Of a stretch of DNA of 64,000 nt, positions 1 to 11,612 are shown in pieces. The stretch is from Chrysemys picta bellii (Eukaryota): positions 31,682,001 to 31,746,000 of the forward strand of contig NC_088806.1 of assembly GCF_011386835.1 (NCBI RefSeq), given 5' to 3'. Made by a program: the position numbers and the translations under genes. The notes beneath the pieces are model-generated. The model saw only the letters and a program-made list of their open reading frames with translations. It was not told the DNA's origin and searched no databases. Numbering within the stretch: the first letter of the stretch is position 1; every line of letters starts with the position of its first letter.

Positions 1-214
1 TCCCTCTGTATTTCCTTACAATCAACTTTGGACTTAACAATCTTGAATAATTTTTTATCGCCTGCAAATTTTGTCAAATCACCATTCACCCCCTTTTCCA
101 GACCATTAATGAATATGTTGAACATGACAGGACCCAGTACAAATCCTTTAGGGACCCTGCTGTTCACTTCTCTCCATTGTGAAAACTGATAATTTACTTC
201 CTATCTTTTGTTTC
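1..214 (-). mobile_element. Old CR1 LINE fragment (RT region), antisense, running up to the KMT2A exon 7 acceptor
   Basis: Reverse complement aligns by eye with the RT region of the CR1 at ~63654-63870 in this window. Confidence 0.8.
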
Positions 215-218
215 ATAG

Positions 219-590
219 TTGTGAAAAAGAAAGAGAAGAAATCCAAGACCAATGAAAAGAAAGAGAGCCATTCTGGGAAGAACCAAGTGGATTCTGGACA
301 GAAACCAGCTCCTCAGACTGTTTTAGCAAAAGAAGATAATGCCTTGAAGAAGAGCAGTGAACCTGCCCGAAAGCCAAGTGAGGAGAAAAATGAAGAGGGA
401 AATACCTCTGTCCCAGTGTTGGAGTCCAAACAGGTCACTGCTTCTGGTGCCAGAAAAACTGGCAAACAGGCACCTCAGCCATTGCAAGTTCCCCTTTGTC
501 AGCCGCCTAGCTCAGGACCACTGAAAAAAGAAGTATCTAAAACCATACCTAGCGAGCCCAAGAAAAAACAGACACCCCTACCAGAATTAG
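219..590 (+). CDS. KMT2A: KMT2A (MLL1) exon 7; gene is 5'-incomplete in window
   Basis: TAG acceptor 216-218, GTAAAT donor 591; VKKKEKKSK...EPKKKQ matches MLL1. Confidence 0.93.
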
Positions 591-1315
591 GTAAATGAAC
601 AAATGTAATGAAAATTATCAGTCACTTGTTCAAAAACAAACTAAAAACTAGATTATTATGTAAGAACTGAGAGTATTGTATATTGGCTATTAAACATCAT
701 TGAACAGTATAAAACTGGAAAATATTTTATATACTGGTGGTATCACTCTAAAATGTTTTGGGAGTTGTTTGTTATTTAAATTGGATTTCTTTATATTAAA
801 CTTAATGTGTGTGTGTGGGAAGGGATAAGGATGTCTTATCTGTATGTTTTAGTTTTCCATTCAAACCCTGGTAACCTTAAAACAGAGATTTATAGTGTTT
901 AGTTAAACTTTTGTTATTATCCATAGTGGCACATCACAGTAGAGTGAAAGTGCTAAACAAAGTCAAGAATCCCTACCTGAAAAAGTGTAGTCTAACAGAT
1001 ATGGATTGTTACTATATGGGCAGTTTTGAGGCAGTCTGTCAGTGTTGCATGTGTTATGCTCTGGGGAATCAGGTGGGTTTTCAGGAGTGTTTTGTGGGGA
1101 GTGCATGTTTGCTGTGTTGTTTAGGAGGCTGCATAAAGCATAAATGGTGGTGTTTAGTCACTAAAAGAGTTAAGGGAACAGTTGGGAGTAAAGATTGGGC
1201 AGATCAGGGAGCAAGGCCTAAAATATCTTTTCCTCAAGTGCATTATTTCTCTTCTGTTTCCTGGAAGTGGTTATTCATTCCAAGATCTAAACGTGATTTT
1301 TCTTTCCTTCCCTAG

Positions 1316-1389
1316 GCATAGAGCAAAGCAAACAGAAGAAAGTTACTCCCCGTCCAAGTTTCCCTGTGAAACAGAAACCAAAAGAAAAG
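1316..1389 (+). CDS. KMT2A: KMT2A exon 8
   Basis: AG/GT bounded, 74 nt, EQSKQKKVTPRPSFPVKQKPKEK; phase-consistent. Confidence 0.93.
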
Positions 1390-1908
1390 GTGAGATTGTT
1401 GTTGTTTTTTTACTACATATTCAGCAAATTACAAGAATTTCAAAATTAGTTTCTATTGTCAAATACAGGTGTGCAACCCTAACTTACCTTGTTGTGGGCT
1501 TTTCATGATTAGGTAAAGTTATTAGTGTGACCAGCATTTTTAGAATTAAACCCAATCAGAATTAAATTCAGTTTCTTGCCCCTGGAATGTCAATCTAAAA
1601 TAGACTTCAGTTTGATTTCTATCATGTTTCCAGATCCTTTAAACACTTTTAAAGGAAGAAGTTTCCATTACTTGTCCCAAGGGCAGAGTTTGCAGTTTCT
1701 TACCCCTCCAGACAAGCCTTACAGATGTAAAAGGCTCCTCCTACCTCCATTGTACCAAGTTCCCAAATTACACAACATGCATTTAAGACATAATTGATGC
1801 ATGTCAACTTGTTTTACTAAGAAATCTAAGTAACTGCAAAAATGAGTTCCATTTTAACTAACAAAATATGAACAATTTTAATTTTTAAAAACAAGTGTGA
1901 TGTTTCAA

Positions 1909-2108
1909 AATAATAATAATAATAATAATGGAGGTATCCCATCTCCTAGAACTGGAAGGGACCTTGAAAGGTCATGGAGTCCAGCCCCCTGCCTTCACTA
2001 GCAGGACCAAGTACTGATTTTGCCCCAGATCCCCAAGTGGCCCCCTCAAGGATTGAACTCACAACCCTGGATTTAGCAGGCCAATGCTCAAACCACTGAG
2101 CTATCCCT
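1909..2108 (-). mobile_element. tRNA-derived tortoise-type polIII SINE with CR1-like 3' tail and (AAT)n end
   Basis: Reverse strand has A box TAGCTCAGTGG, B box GAGTTCAATCC and a CR1 tail; ~94% identical by eye to the copy at 16541. Confidence 0.9.
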
Positions 2109-2503
2109 GCTGGTAACTGCAGCTTTTTTTTAATTTCCTTTGAAAAACAAACAAAACTGCCCATTTTTTAATTCCATTTAAAAAAAATGGAAAATTTATA
2201 TAGACATTGATTACCCACAGAGTTGCCGCAACATAGTAAGTTAAATACCAGCATTGTCTTGGATGACAGAATGTTGTGATTTTAGAATGCAATACGACAA
2301 GCATAATTCTGTGCATGAAGTGCTCTAAAAAGGATGTGCAAAACTGATCTTCTGCTCACACTTTCTATAAGAACCTTAGTTCTGAGATGCACTCAGCTTC
2401 TTTGTATAAGAATTATCAAAGATTTATTTACTCTGGTCAATCCTTTCGTAAAATAGTTATTTGGGGTTGGGATAAATGCAAATGTCTTTTCTTTACGCTT
2501 TAG

Positions 2504-2632
2504 GAAAAACTTCCTCCAATCAACAAGCCAGAGAACAGCACACTGAATTTGCTCAGTACGCTGTCAAATGGAAGCAGTTCCAAGCAAAAGACACCTACAG
2601 ATGGGGTCCACAGGATCAGAGTGGACTTCAAG
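2504..2632 (+). CDS. KMT2A: KMT2A exon 9
   Basis: EKLPPINK...DGVHRIRVDFK; AG/GT bounded. Confidence 0.95.
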
Positions 2633-3579
2633 GTAAGGGGTAAAATATCTTGGAAATATTTTGAGTGTAATTGGCTGTAAAATAAACATTTGGAGCGGTT
2701 TTCCCCCTCAGGAATGCTATTTTTAACTTTTTTAGTAAGTGATGTACTGTGGTATGCTCTATTCTAAGATGATATCAGTAGGAACCTCAGTATCTCTCTG
2801 AAAAGTCTTTCTGCTGTTGGAAGTTCTTCCATCTTCTTTATTACAATGTCAGTGTTGGATGAAGAGACTATTAGAACTTTAAACATAGTTCTCAATATAA
2901 GAGCGAGAACGGATGAACAGGAGTTGCATTGTCAAGGAAGTAATTTCATCAAGGTGGAACTGTAAAACCATGACAGCTACTTGAGTAAAGAGAATTGGAT
3001 ATTCTGTTAATCCTGTGCTGTTCACAGCAGCACTGGGATATGTTCGGGAGTTAAACAGTTGAATTTTGCATCTTTTTTTGTACATTAGTCACTTAAATAT
3101 ATAACATAATCAGCACTTTCCTAATCCACCGTGGGAGTGGGAGTCTCTCTTCTCCAGACCCTCAAGAAAAGTTTTAAAAGCAGAGGGTGTACTGAGGTCT
3201 TGTATTACTAAGACTTCATACTTTTATAAACTATATTACAGTAAACTGTGAAGTATGATTAGACTAATCAAAACATAGAATTGTGAACATTAGTGTATAA
3301 AGTATGCCTTGTGATATGTTGTCCTTCTTATATTCACTAACTAATACACAAACCTGTCAGTTACAGTGGGTCCACTCAGCAAGAATTAGTAAGATGTGAC
3401 TTCTGTTTTTAATTTATATTATATGACTGGACCTAAGGTATGAGTTTTTAAATGTTTTGAAACTGAAGCTGCTTAGGTACGCTGACTAACAGCAGTTGTG
3501 CAAATGTTGTGCTATACTTTTTTTTTTTTTCCTAATGTTGCATTTCTCTTCTGCTTGATGTACTCTTTTGTGCTTTCAG

Positions 3580-3693
3580 GAGGACTGTGAAGTGGAGAAC
3601 GTTTGGGAGATGGGTGGGCTAGGCATTCTGACCTCGGTACCTATCACTCCCAGGGTGGTCTGCTTTCTCTGTGCCAGCAGTGGACACGTGGAG
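3580..3693 (+). CDS. KMT2A: KMT2A exon 10 (start of PHD1)
   Basis: EDCEVENVWEMGGLGILTSVPITPRVVCFLCASSGHVE. Confidence 0.97.
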
Positions 3694-3943
3694 GTAAAGC
3701 ATTTTGTTCTGCTGTTGATCTTAGAATGTTTACAAGCACCGAAGTATTCAGCAATTGTGTATGCATTTCCTTTTTTGTTAAATCATGTTAAACAAGAGGA
3801 AATTCAGGCTATAAGCTGTAACTCCATCCTTTGCTAACCCTGTTGTGTCCGACAGTACCTAAACACGTGGTATACGAAATCAGCTACTGTTTGAAGAGTT
3901 CTGTAGTCCTCCAAAAGAAGTGATCTGATCTATGTTAGGTATT

Positions 3944-4049
3944 AGGGTAACATTTTTAAAAACACCTAAGTCCCATTTTCAAACATGACATGGGAACACA
4001 AATCTCATTGAAAGTCAGTGAGACTTAGATGCTTTTGAAAATTTTGCCT
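3944..4049. mobile_element. Degenerate palindromic non-autonomous DNA element
   Basis: Imperfect terminal inverted repeats (agggtaacatttttaaaaacacctaagtc / gacttagatgcttttgaaaattttgcct). Confidence 0.5.
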
Positions 4050-4170
4050 CACATGTATCTCAGCCTGTTAAAGGTTTCATGCAGTAGGGGATATGTTTGT
4101 CCCTGAAAAAAATACCTGTAGTGCTTTGTGACCACCTAGACAGAACAGGACACCAGTTGAAACTTCTGAG

Positions 4171-5713
4171 TAGGGCTGTCAAACGATTACAAAAATTAAC
4201 CGCGCGATAATTTGCACTGTTAAACAACATTAATAGAATACCATTTATTTAAATATTTTTGGCTGTTTTCTACATTTTCAAATGTGTAGATTTCAGTTAC
4301 AACACAGAATACAAAGTATACAGTGCTCACTTTATATTTATTTTTGATTACAAGTATTTTCACTATAAAAAAATGGTATTTTTCAGTTCACCTTATACAA
4401 GTACTGTAATGCAATCTCTTTATCATGACAGTTGAACTTACAAATGTAGAATTAATACTGTTTTATTTTTGAATGCAGTTTTTTTTTTCTACAGTGTAAA
4501 ATTTTAAAGCCTGCAAGTCCACGCAGTCCTACTTCTTGTTCAGCCAGTCGCTCAGACAGATAAGTTAGTTTACATTTGCAGGAGATAATGCTGCCCGCTT
4601 CTTGTTTACAATGTCATCTGAAAGTGAGAACAGGCGTTCATATGCACTGTTGTAGCTGGCGTCACAAGATATTTATGTGCCAGATGTGCTAAAGATTCAT
4701 ATGTCCCTTCATGCTTCAGCCACCATTCCAGGGGACATGCGTCCATGCTGATGACAGGTTCTGCTCAATAACAATCCAAAGCAGTGCGGACCGATGCATG
4801 TTCAAAACAGAGCAGGGGGCATACAATTCTCCCCCAAGGAGTTCAGTCACAAATTTAATTAGCACATTTTTTTTAATGATCATCATCAACCTGGAAACAT
4901 GTCCTCCGGAATGGTGGCCGAAGCATGAAGGGGCATACAAATGTTTAGCATATCTGGCACGTAAATACCTTGCAATGCTGGCTACAAAATGCCATAGAAA
5001 TGCCTATTCTCACTTTCTGGTGACAGTGTAAATAAGGCTAGGTCTACACTACCTGCCTGAATCGGCGGGTAGAAATCGACCTCTCGGGGATCGATTTATC
5101 GCGTCCCAACGGGACGCGACAATCGATCCCCGAATCGACGCTCTTACTCCACCAGCGGAGGTGGGAGTAAGCGCCGTCGACAGGAAGCCGCAGAGGTCGA
5201 TTTTGCCGCCGTCCTCACAGCGGGGTAAGTCGGCTGCGATACGTCGAATTCAGCTACGCTATTCACGTAGCTGAATTTGCGTATCTCAAATCGACTCCCC
5301 CCTGTAGTGTAGATGTAGCCTCAGAAGAGGGCAGCATTATCTCCTGCAAATGTAAACAAACTTGTATGTATTAGCAATTGGATGAACAAGAAGTAGGACT
5401 GAATGGACTTGTAGGCTCTGAAGTTTTACATTGTTTTGTTCTTGACTGCAGTTCTGTAACAAAAAAAATCTACATTTGTAAGTTGCCATTTCCTGACAAA
5501 GAAATTGCACTACAGTACTTGTATGAGGTGAACTGAAGAATACTATTTCTTTTGTTTATTGTTTTTACAGTACAAATATTTATAATAAAAAATATACACT
5601 TTGATTTCAGTTACAACACAGAATGCAATATCTATGAAAATATAGAAAAACATCCAAAATATTTAATAAATTTCAGTTGGTACTCTGTTTAACAGTGCAA
5701 TTAAAACTGCGAC
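4171..5713 (+). mobile_element. hAT-superfamily non-autonomous fold-back element, right terminus truncated
   Basis: Starts TAGGGCTGTC; long inverted arms (~4171-4596 vs ~5330-5713); internal remnant WWPKHEGAYKCLAYLARKYLAMLAT resembles the hAT C-terminal dimerization motif. Confidence 0.8.
5036..5320. mobile_element. PIF/Harbinger-type MITE nested in the hAT element
   Basis: TIRs GGCTAGGTCTACACTAC / GTAGTGTAGATGTAGCC; 3-bp TSD TAA (5033-35) / TCA (5321-23); about 30 CpGs retained. Confidence 0.88.
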
Positions 5714-5878
5714 ATGGGTGCTTAAAGTGGTTTGTGTGTGAATTCCAGTGTAAAATATTTGAATGCAAATACTTGTTCTGTGAATTCTAAACCAGGGTTA
5801 GAAACAGAATAGAGAGCAGTTGGGTTTGGTTGAGAAGTCAACAGTGTTTGACATGCTGATGTTTTTTCCCCCTTGTAG

Positions 5879-6025
5879 TTTGTGTATTGTCAGGTCTGTT
5901 GTGAGCCCTTCCACAAGTTCTGTTTAGAAGAGAGTGAGCGCCCTCTGGAGGACCAGTTGGAAAACTGGTGCTGTCGTCGTTGCAAGTTCTGTCATGTATG
6001 TGGAAGACAGCATCAGGCAACAAAG
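5879..6025 (+). CDS. KMT2A: KMT2A exon 11 (PHD1/PHD2)
   Basis: FVYCQVCCEPFHKFCLEESERPLEDQLENWCCRRCKFCHVCGRQHQATK. Confidence 0.97.
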
Positions 6026-6065
6026 GTACTATGTGATCATTTTGAGAGTGCTGTTTTCTTTGCCC

Positions 6066-6467
6066 ATCATAGAATCATAAAATCATAGACTATCAGGGTT
6101 GGAAGGGACTTCAGGAGGTCATCTAGTCCATCCCCCTGCTCAAAGCAGGACCAATCCCCAATTAAATCATCCCAGCCAGGGCTTCGTCAAGCCTGACCTT
6201 AAAAACCTCTAAGGAAGGAGATTCCACCACCTCCCTAGGTAACCCATTCCAGTGCTTCACCACCCTTCTGGTGAAAAAGTTTTTCCTAATATCCAACCTA
6301 AACCTCCCCCACTGCAACTTGAGTCCATTACTCCTTGTTCTGTCATCTGGTACTACTGAGAACAGTCTATATCCATCCTCTTTGGAACCCCTTTCAGGTA
6401 GTTGAAAGCGGCTATCAAATCCCCCCTCATTCTTCTCTTCTGCAGACTAAACAATCCCAGTTCCCTA
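6066..6467 (-). mobile_element. CR1 LINE 3' fragment
   Basis: ATCATAGA octamer repeats (reverse of the CR1 TTCTATGA tail) followed by CR1 3' body. Confidence 0.92.
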
Positions 6468-6681
6468 CTTCCAGGAACTCTGTTTAGTTTAATTTATTTA
6501 AATCATTTAATATAGGACTGTATGTTTTGTGGGCTTAGTATTGGGATAAAGAACCTTTCAGTGCATGTGACAACATAGGATTGTCATTCTGGTGAATTCA
6601 GATTGACTAATTTACATATGACCTATTCCTGGCACACTGAATATTGAATCTAGTGTAAAATGGATTTTTGCATTTCTGTAG

Positions 6682-6777
6682 CAGTTGTTGGAGTGTAATA
6701 AGTGCCGAAACAGCTATCACCCTGAGTGCCTGGGACCAAACTACCCAACAAAACCCACCAAGAAAAAGAAAGTTTGG
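6682..6777 (+). CDS. KMT2A: KMT2A exon 12 (PHD2)
   Basis: QLLECNKCRNSYHPECLGPNYPTKPTKKKKVW. Confidence 0.97.
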
Positions 6778-7214
6778 GTGAGTTTGCTCTGCTTGATTTA
6801 TGGTCATTAGGAGCTACCAGCCAAAGCTCAAGCTAGTCAAACTGCAGATCTTTGATACATGATGGGGTTTCTTAGAATTTGTAATTCTGTCATAGTCTGT
6901 GTACAGCCTATTAAAGGGTGCTTACTGTTTTATAAGGTAAATTTGAAAAAGTTTTATTATTAAAGACTGGCTTTTGAATGCTCTCATGGTGAATGAACTC
7001 TCTAGCATTGTGTGAATGAAGAAGGACAGGGATACAAGAGGAGACACCTGTCTTTTAGCCTTATTATGAATCCTCCTGAGCAAACTGTGTGGACAGGGGC
7101 CAGGGAATTCCCTTATATTAGTAAGTAAACACATAAGATTCCATTCTGACATTACTGTCAGTGGACATCGGTATGGTGATGGGTGTGAATGGGATTAGTG
7201 TGCTAGACTGTTCC

Positions 7215-7305
7215 TTGTATTTCAGGTTGTTAGCTCTTTGGGGAAGGGACTGTCTTCCTCTGCACAGTGGCTAGCACATTTTGGATACTACTGTAATATA
7301 AATAA
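7215..7305 (+). mobile_element. Degenerate MIR-like SINE 3' part
   Basis: gctctttggggaagggactgtc...gctagcaca pattern typical of sauropsid MIR tails (recognition by eye). Confidence 0.4.
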
Positions 7306-7745
7306 GGGTTTTATGCTAGTATACCTATGGCTTTGTCAACTTTCTACATTAGCCCTGCCTAAAATAAGAGGTTGTACTGAATGTCTTAAGAATTTTGTCC
7401 TTGTCAAAACCATGGTTGTTTTTTGTTTGTTTGTTTTTTTCAAATTAAAGAAAGGTTTGAGATTAATTGTACCACAATTTCTAATGGCAAAAGTGCTAGA
7501 CTAAAGCATATTTTTCTGTTGCATGGTCAGCTTTTTACCATAAGGAGGGAAGCATCTTCTCTGCTACCGATGTTGTCTGAAGTGAGGGAAATGCCTAGCC
7601 ATCTAACATGGGCCCAGAGATGCATATATGTGGGATTCATTCACTCACACTCACGTTAAATAATAAAAATTGTGAAATGGATCTTTAGAACCCTCAGAAG
7701 ATAGCAAAGATGCTAACTCCTGTCAATCTCTGTCCCCTCTTACAG

Positions 7746-7866
7746 ATCTGTACCAAATGTGTTCGCTGCAAGAGCTGTGGTTCAACAACTCCAGGCAAAG
7801 GATGGGATGCACAGTGGTCTCATGACTTCTCACTGTGTCATGATTGTGCCAAACTCTTTGCTAAAG
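7746..7866 (+). CDS. KMT2A: KMT2A exon 13
   Basis: ICTKCVRCKSCGSTTPGKGWDAQWSHDFSLCHDCAKLFAKG. Confidence 0.97.
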
Positions 7867-8282
7867 GTACAAAACAGTTGCAGTTGCAACATTGTTTATG
7901 GTGAATGTAGTTTGAAGCTATTCGCAAGGCGATCACAACCATTGTAAGGAAATGTTATCACAGAATGAAGTGATGGCCTATGAGGCAGTTGAGCAGTGTT
8001 GCTGATTCCAAGCTATAGTGCCACTCCAGTGTCATGGCCAAGAACCAGTGAAATCATAAACTATGGACGCTTTTGGTATGTGAAATCAGGGGAAGTAGGG
8101 TTGCTTTTTACAGTGGTTAACCAAGGAAAGTCAACACTGCCTCTTAGTGACAGACTTTGGGACTTCCATATAATAAGCACTATAAATTGTTGCAGGGTTT
8201 ATTTCAGAACTGTTGTCTAAAGATCCATACCAGCAGTGGAGAAGGGGCTACAAAATTTAAGACCGGATCATGGCCTGATTTA

Positions 8283-8563
8283 GACCATGTCTATATGTAT
8301 AGCACTGCAGTGGTGCAGCTGTGCCAGGGCAACACATGTGGTGAAGACGCTCTAGGCCAACGGGACAGAGCTCTCCCGTTGTCATAAAAAAACTACCTCC
8401 ATGAGCAGGATAAGCTATGTCAGTGGGAGACGCTCTCCTGCCAACATAGCACTGTGCACATGAGTGCTTATGTTGGTGTAATTTATGTCACTCATGGGGG
8501 TGGAATATTCACACCTCTGAGCAACATAAGTTTTGCTGGCATGGGCTGTAGTGTAGACATAGC
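8283..8563. mobile_element. Older PIF/Harbinger-type MITE
   Basis: Ends GACCATGTCTATA / GTAGTGTAGACATAGC with TTA/TAA flanks; CpG-depleted. Confidence 0.75.
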
Positions 8564-9072
8564 TAAAAAACCAAATACTTTGGGTTAGGTGACCTCTTCC
8601 TCTTCCTCAGTCTCCCATGTCAGTTCAGGATCTGAATCTAAGGGGTATGGATGATAAGGGGAGGGGTAAATGACTAGATCCTGGTAGGAAATTAAGTTTA
8701 TCCCACTTGCCAGATTAGCAGGATAGGTTTTTCTGTCTTATTTTGCCTGTAGAAGTATATCTTTTTCTCTTTCTCACTTTTCCCTACAAAGCTATCTGGT
8801 CAGTCTTTTATTTTGTTACAAATCTTGCAATAAAGGTAAAAATGTAGTGCCTTCTTATAGTGGAATTGTAAGACCCACATGGACTGTAGTGTATTTTTGT
8901 AGGCATTCTTATTTTTACTGTGTGTTGTAAGGGTAGAAGTAGGAGCAGTTTACATTTGTGCGGGAAGATTTCAGTGGGTTTGCTTCTCAGAAATATAGTA
9001 AGCAGCCAGACAGCCTTTGAGATGTGCATGCAGCAGCTGGAATGATGATTGAAGGTCCTGGCTTATTTACAG

Positions 9073-9186
9073 GAAACTTCTGCCCACTCTGTGACAAGTG
9101 CTATGATGACGATGACTATGAGAGTAAGATGATGCAGTGTGGGAAGTGTGATCGCTGGGTCCACTCCAAATGTGAAAATCTTTCAG
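9073..9186 (+). CDS. KMT2A: KMT2A exon 14 (PHD3)
   Basis: GNFCPLCDKCYDDDDYESKMMQCGKCDRWVHSKCENLS. Confidence 0.97.
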
Positions 9187-9482
9187 GTGAGGCAAATTGT
9201 CTTTACTACTCAGCAGGCTCTCCTTGGCCCCTGGACCAATAATATGGCTGCATTAAAAGTTTCCATGTATGGGTGTTGCCACTAGACTACAGGGATCAAA
9301 TTGTAGACATTCCTCACTACTAGAGTGTATGTTGGGCGGTATTTTAAGAAAAATATTGATCTTCCTACAGTTGAATCCAGGTTTAATACTGACAGTTTTC
9401 TGCAAATTTTGATATCCTCCTTCACAAGCTACCTAACGTAATAGCACCGTAGCTGAGTTCCACAGTTACTCTCTATGCAAAG

Positions 9483-9785
9483 ATCATAGAATCATAGAAG
9501 ATTAGGGTTGGAAGAGACCTCAGGAGGTCATCTAGTCCAACCCCCTGCTCAAAGCAGGACCAATTCCAACTAAATCATCCCAGCCAGGGCTTTGTCAAGC
9601 TGGGCCTTAAAAACCTCTAAGGATGGAGGTTCCACCACCTCCCTAGGTAACCCATTCCAGTGCTTCACCACCCTCCTAGTGGAAAAGTTTTTCCTAATAT
9701 CCAACCTAAACCTCTCCCACTGCAACTTGAGACCATTACTCCTTGTTCTGTCATCTGCCACCACTGAGAACAGCCAAGCTCCATT
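9483..9785 (-). mobile_element. CR1 LINE 3' fragment
   Basis: ATCATAGAATCATAGA tail; highly similar to the copy at 6066. Confidence 0.92.
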
Positions 9786-9944
9786 GATTGTTGATGGGAA
9801 AGACTGGGTATCGCTAGACAAAGCAAGTGTGGTATATAGAGTGGTTCCTTTTTTCTTTTTTCTTTTTTTTTTTTTGGCCTCTCCCTTTACCACTCCTCTA
9901 GTTAAGCAGCTCAGGTTGTGTTTGTTACTTTTTTTTGTCTCCAG

Positions 9945-10129
9945 ATGAGATGTATGAAATCCTCTCTAACCTTCCTGAGAGTGTGGCATACACTTGCATT
10001 AACTGCACAGAGCAGCACCCTGCCGAATGGCGGCTGGCACTGGAAAAGGAGCTGCAAGTTTCTTTGAAGCAGGTTTTAACAGCCTTGTTAAATTCCAGGA
10101 CTACCAGTCACTTACTACGTTACAGACAG
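9945..10129 (+). CDS. KMT2A: KMT2A exon 15 (PHD3 end, His-Pro linker, bromo start)
   Basis: [29 protein letters not shown]...LLRYRQ. Confidence 0.97.
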
Positions 10130-10834
10130 GTGGGTTCACCTCTGCGTTGAGCACAATTTTATGAGTTGCCCATCTCCAGATTGAGTTCTACTGTTGCTAG
10201 ATGTCTTCTTTTGGGAAGTTGATTCATTGTACTTGATAAATCAAAGTATATGTAATTAAGTTTTTATTTTATATGGTAATCTACGTAGGTAGACATGAAG
10301 GATATATAATCTTTAAATTAGTGTAGGACAAGTGGTGTTTTAGGGAGAGGGGGAATTTGGGACTTCAGCAGTAACAATGTCTCTGACTGAGGGTGGAGAC
10401 TTTATGGTTGTAAAAAGTGGTCAGACTTGTGGAAATGAATTTGTGTTCCCACAGCTGATCACTGCCCTTTGCACGTGAACAAGCGGCTACTTGCACCCAT
10501 GCTAGGAAATGTAATAAATTGTGAAAATCCTTGCAGAGGTGCCGGGGAATTGCCCCTGTGTAGTTCACAAAGCTGTGTTTTATGAATTGGGTCTTGTTGC
10601 TGCTTAAATTCAGCAGTGAAATTTCGGAATGTATTCATTTTAAGCTCTGCTGCCGAATGATTTTGCTTTCCTGTCCAGGCATCGTTATGCATGTGTTTTT
10701 TGCCAAAGTTCTGGGATAGCCTCCCTTTTGTGCACAGTACGGTTGAATTGCAATAATGGGATAATAAAATATCAAAACTTCCCACATATGCTTATCATTT
10801 CCTGTGTGAAGTGACACTGTGGAACTACATTATA

Positions 10835-11035
10835 GGGCAGTGGAAGTTTAGGTCTCTTGTTTTGTATTCCCTACTCTGCCACTGTGCAACCCAGGATAAG
10901 TCCCTTCCCCACTCTACCTCATTTTATCCTTCTGTAAAATGGAGTCTGATTACTTACCGCACAGGATGACAATAGGCTTAATTAACGTTTATAAATCACT
11001 TTGAGGAACAGCAATGTACAAGTACAAAGTATTAC
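10835..11035 (+). mobile_element. MIR/CORE-SINE-like element
   Basis: ctcattttatccttctgtaaaatgga...tcactttgag resembles the CORE domain. Confidence 0.55.
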
Positions 11036-11612
11036 GTGAAGGCAGGGTGTTCCGCAGGCATGTATTTGTGTGGCTGCATTTCTGAATGGTCTGAAAATTG
11101 GTCCAAAACTTTGGCAGCTTGCCAGAAAGTTATTTTGTACAGCACAATAGGTGAGCATGTTATTTTGGATAAAAATGATCAGTTCATGCCTTAAGAAGGA
11201 GTCTAAATTAGACACTAAACAGAAAGATAATAAATAGGAGGGTGTGAGCGAGGGGAAAGAATAAAGATTATGACCGTGAAATAGCAAAAGGAATTATTAT
11301 TGTAGATTGCACAACATTTTAGTTCCACAGTGAATTATTTAATACAATTTGGTGACCATGTCTGAATGAGGAGTAAGGGTAGAAGTCAGCAGTAGGAATC
11401 AGTTTAAAAAGAGAGTCATTTTTCCCATTTATTTTTTTGAGGAGGACTCAGAGCTTTGTCCATTGAGCCTACTGTTCTTCCTACTAACATGTGACTTTGT
11501 TTTGTCACCTATCTTCATTTCTGCAGGAAAAAGTTAGTGCCTTTAAGTGTGACTCTCACTCAGTATAACGCTGGATATAGAATGTTTGTCCTTTTCCTTT
11601 GAATGTTAACAG

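Noticed and set aside
8792-8798. 7-nt pseudo-microexon (pyrimidine tract, AAG, CTATCTG, GTCAGT) in intron 13
   Set aside because: Rare AAG acceptor, frameshifting length, no clear branch point
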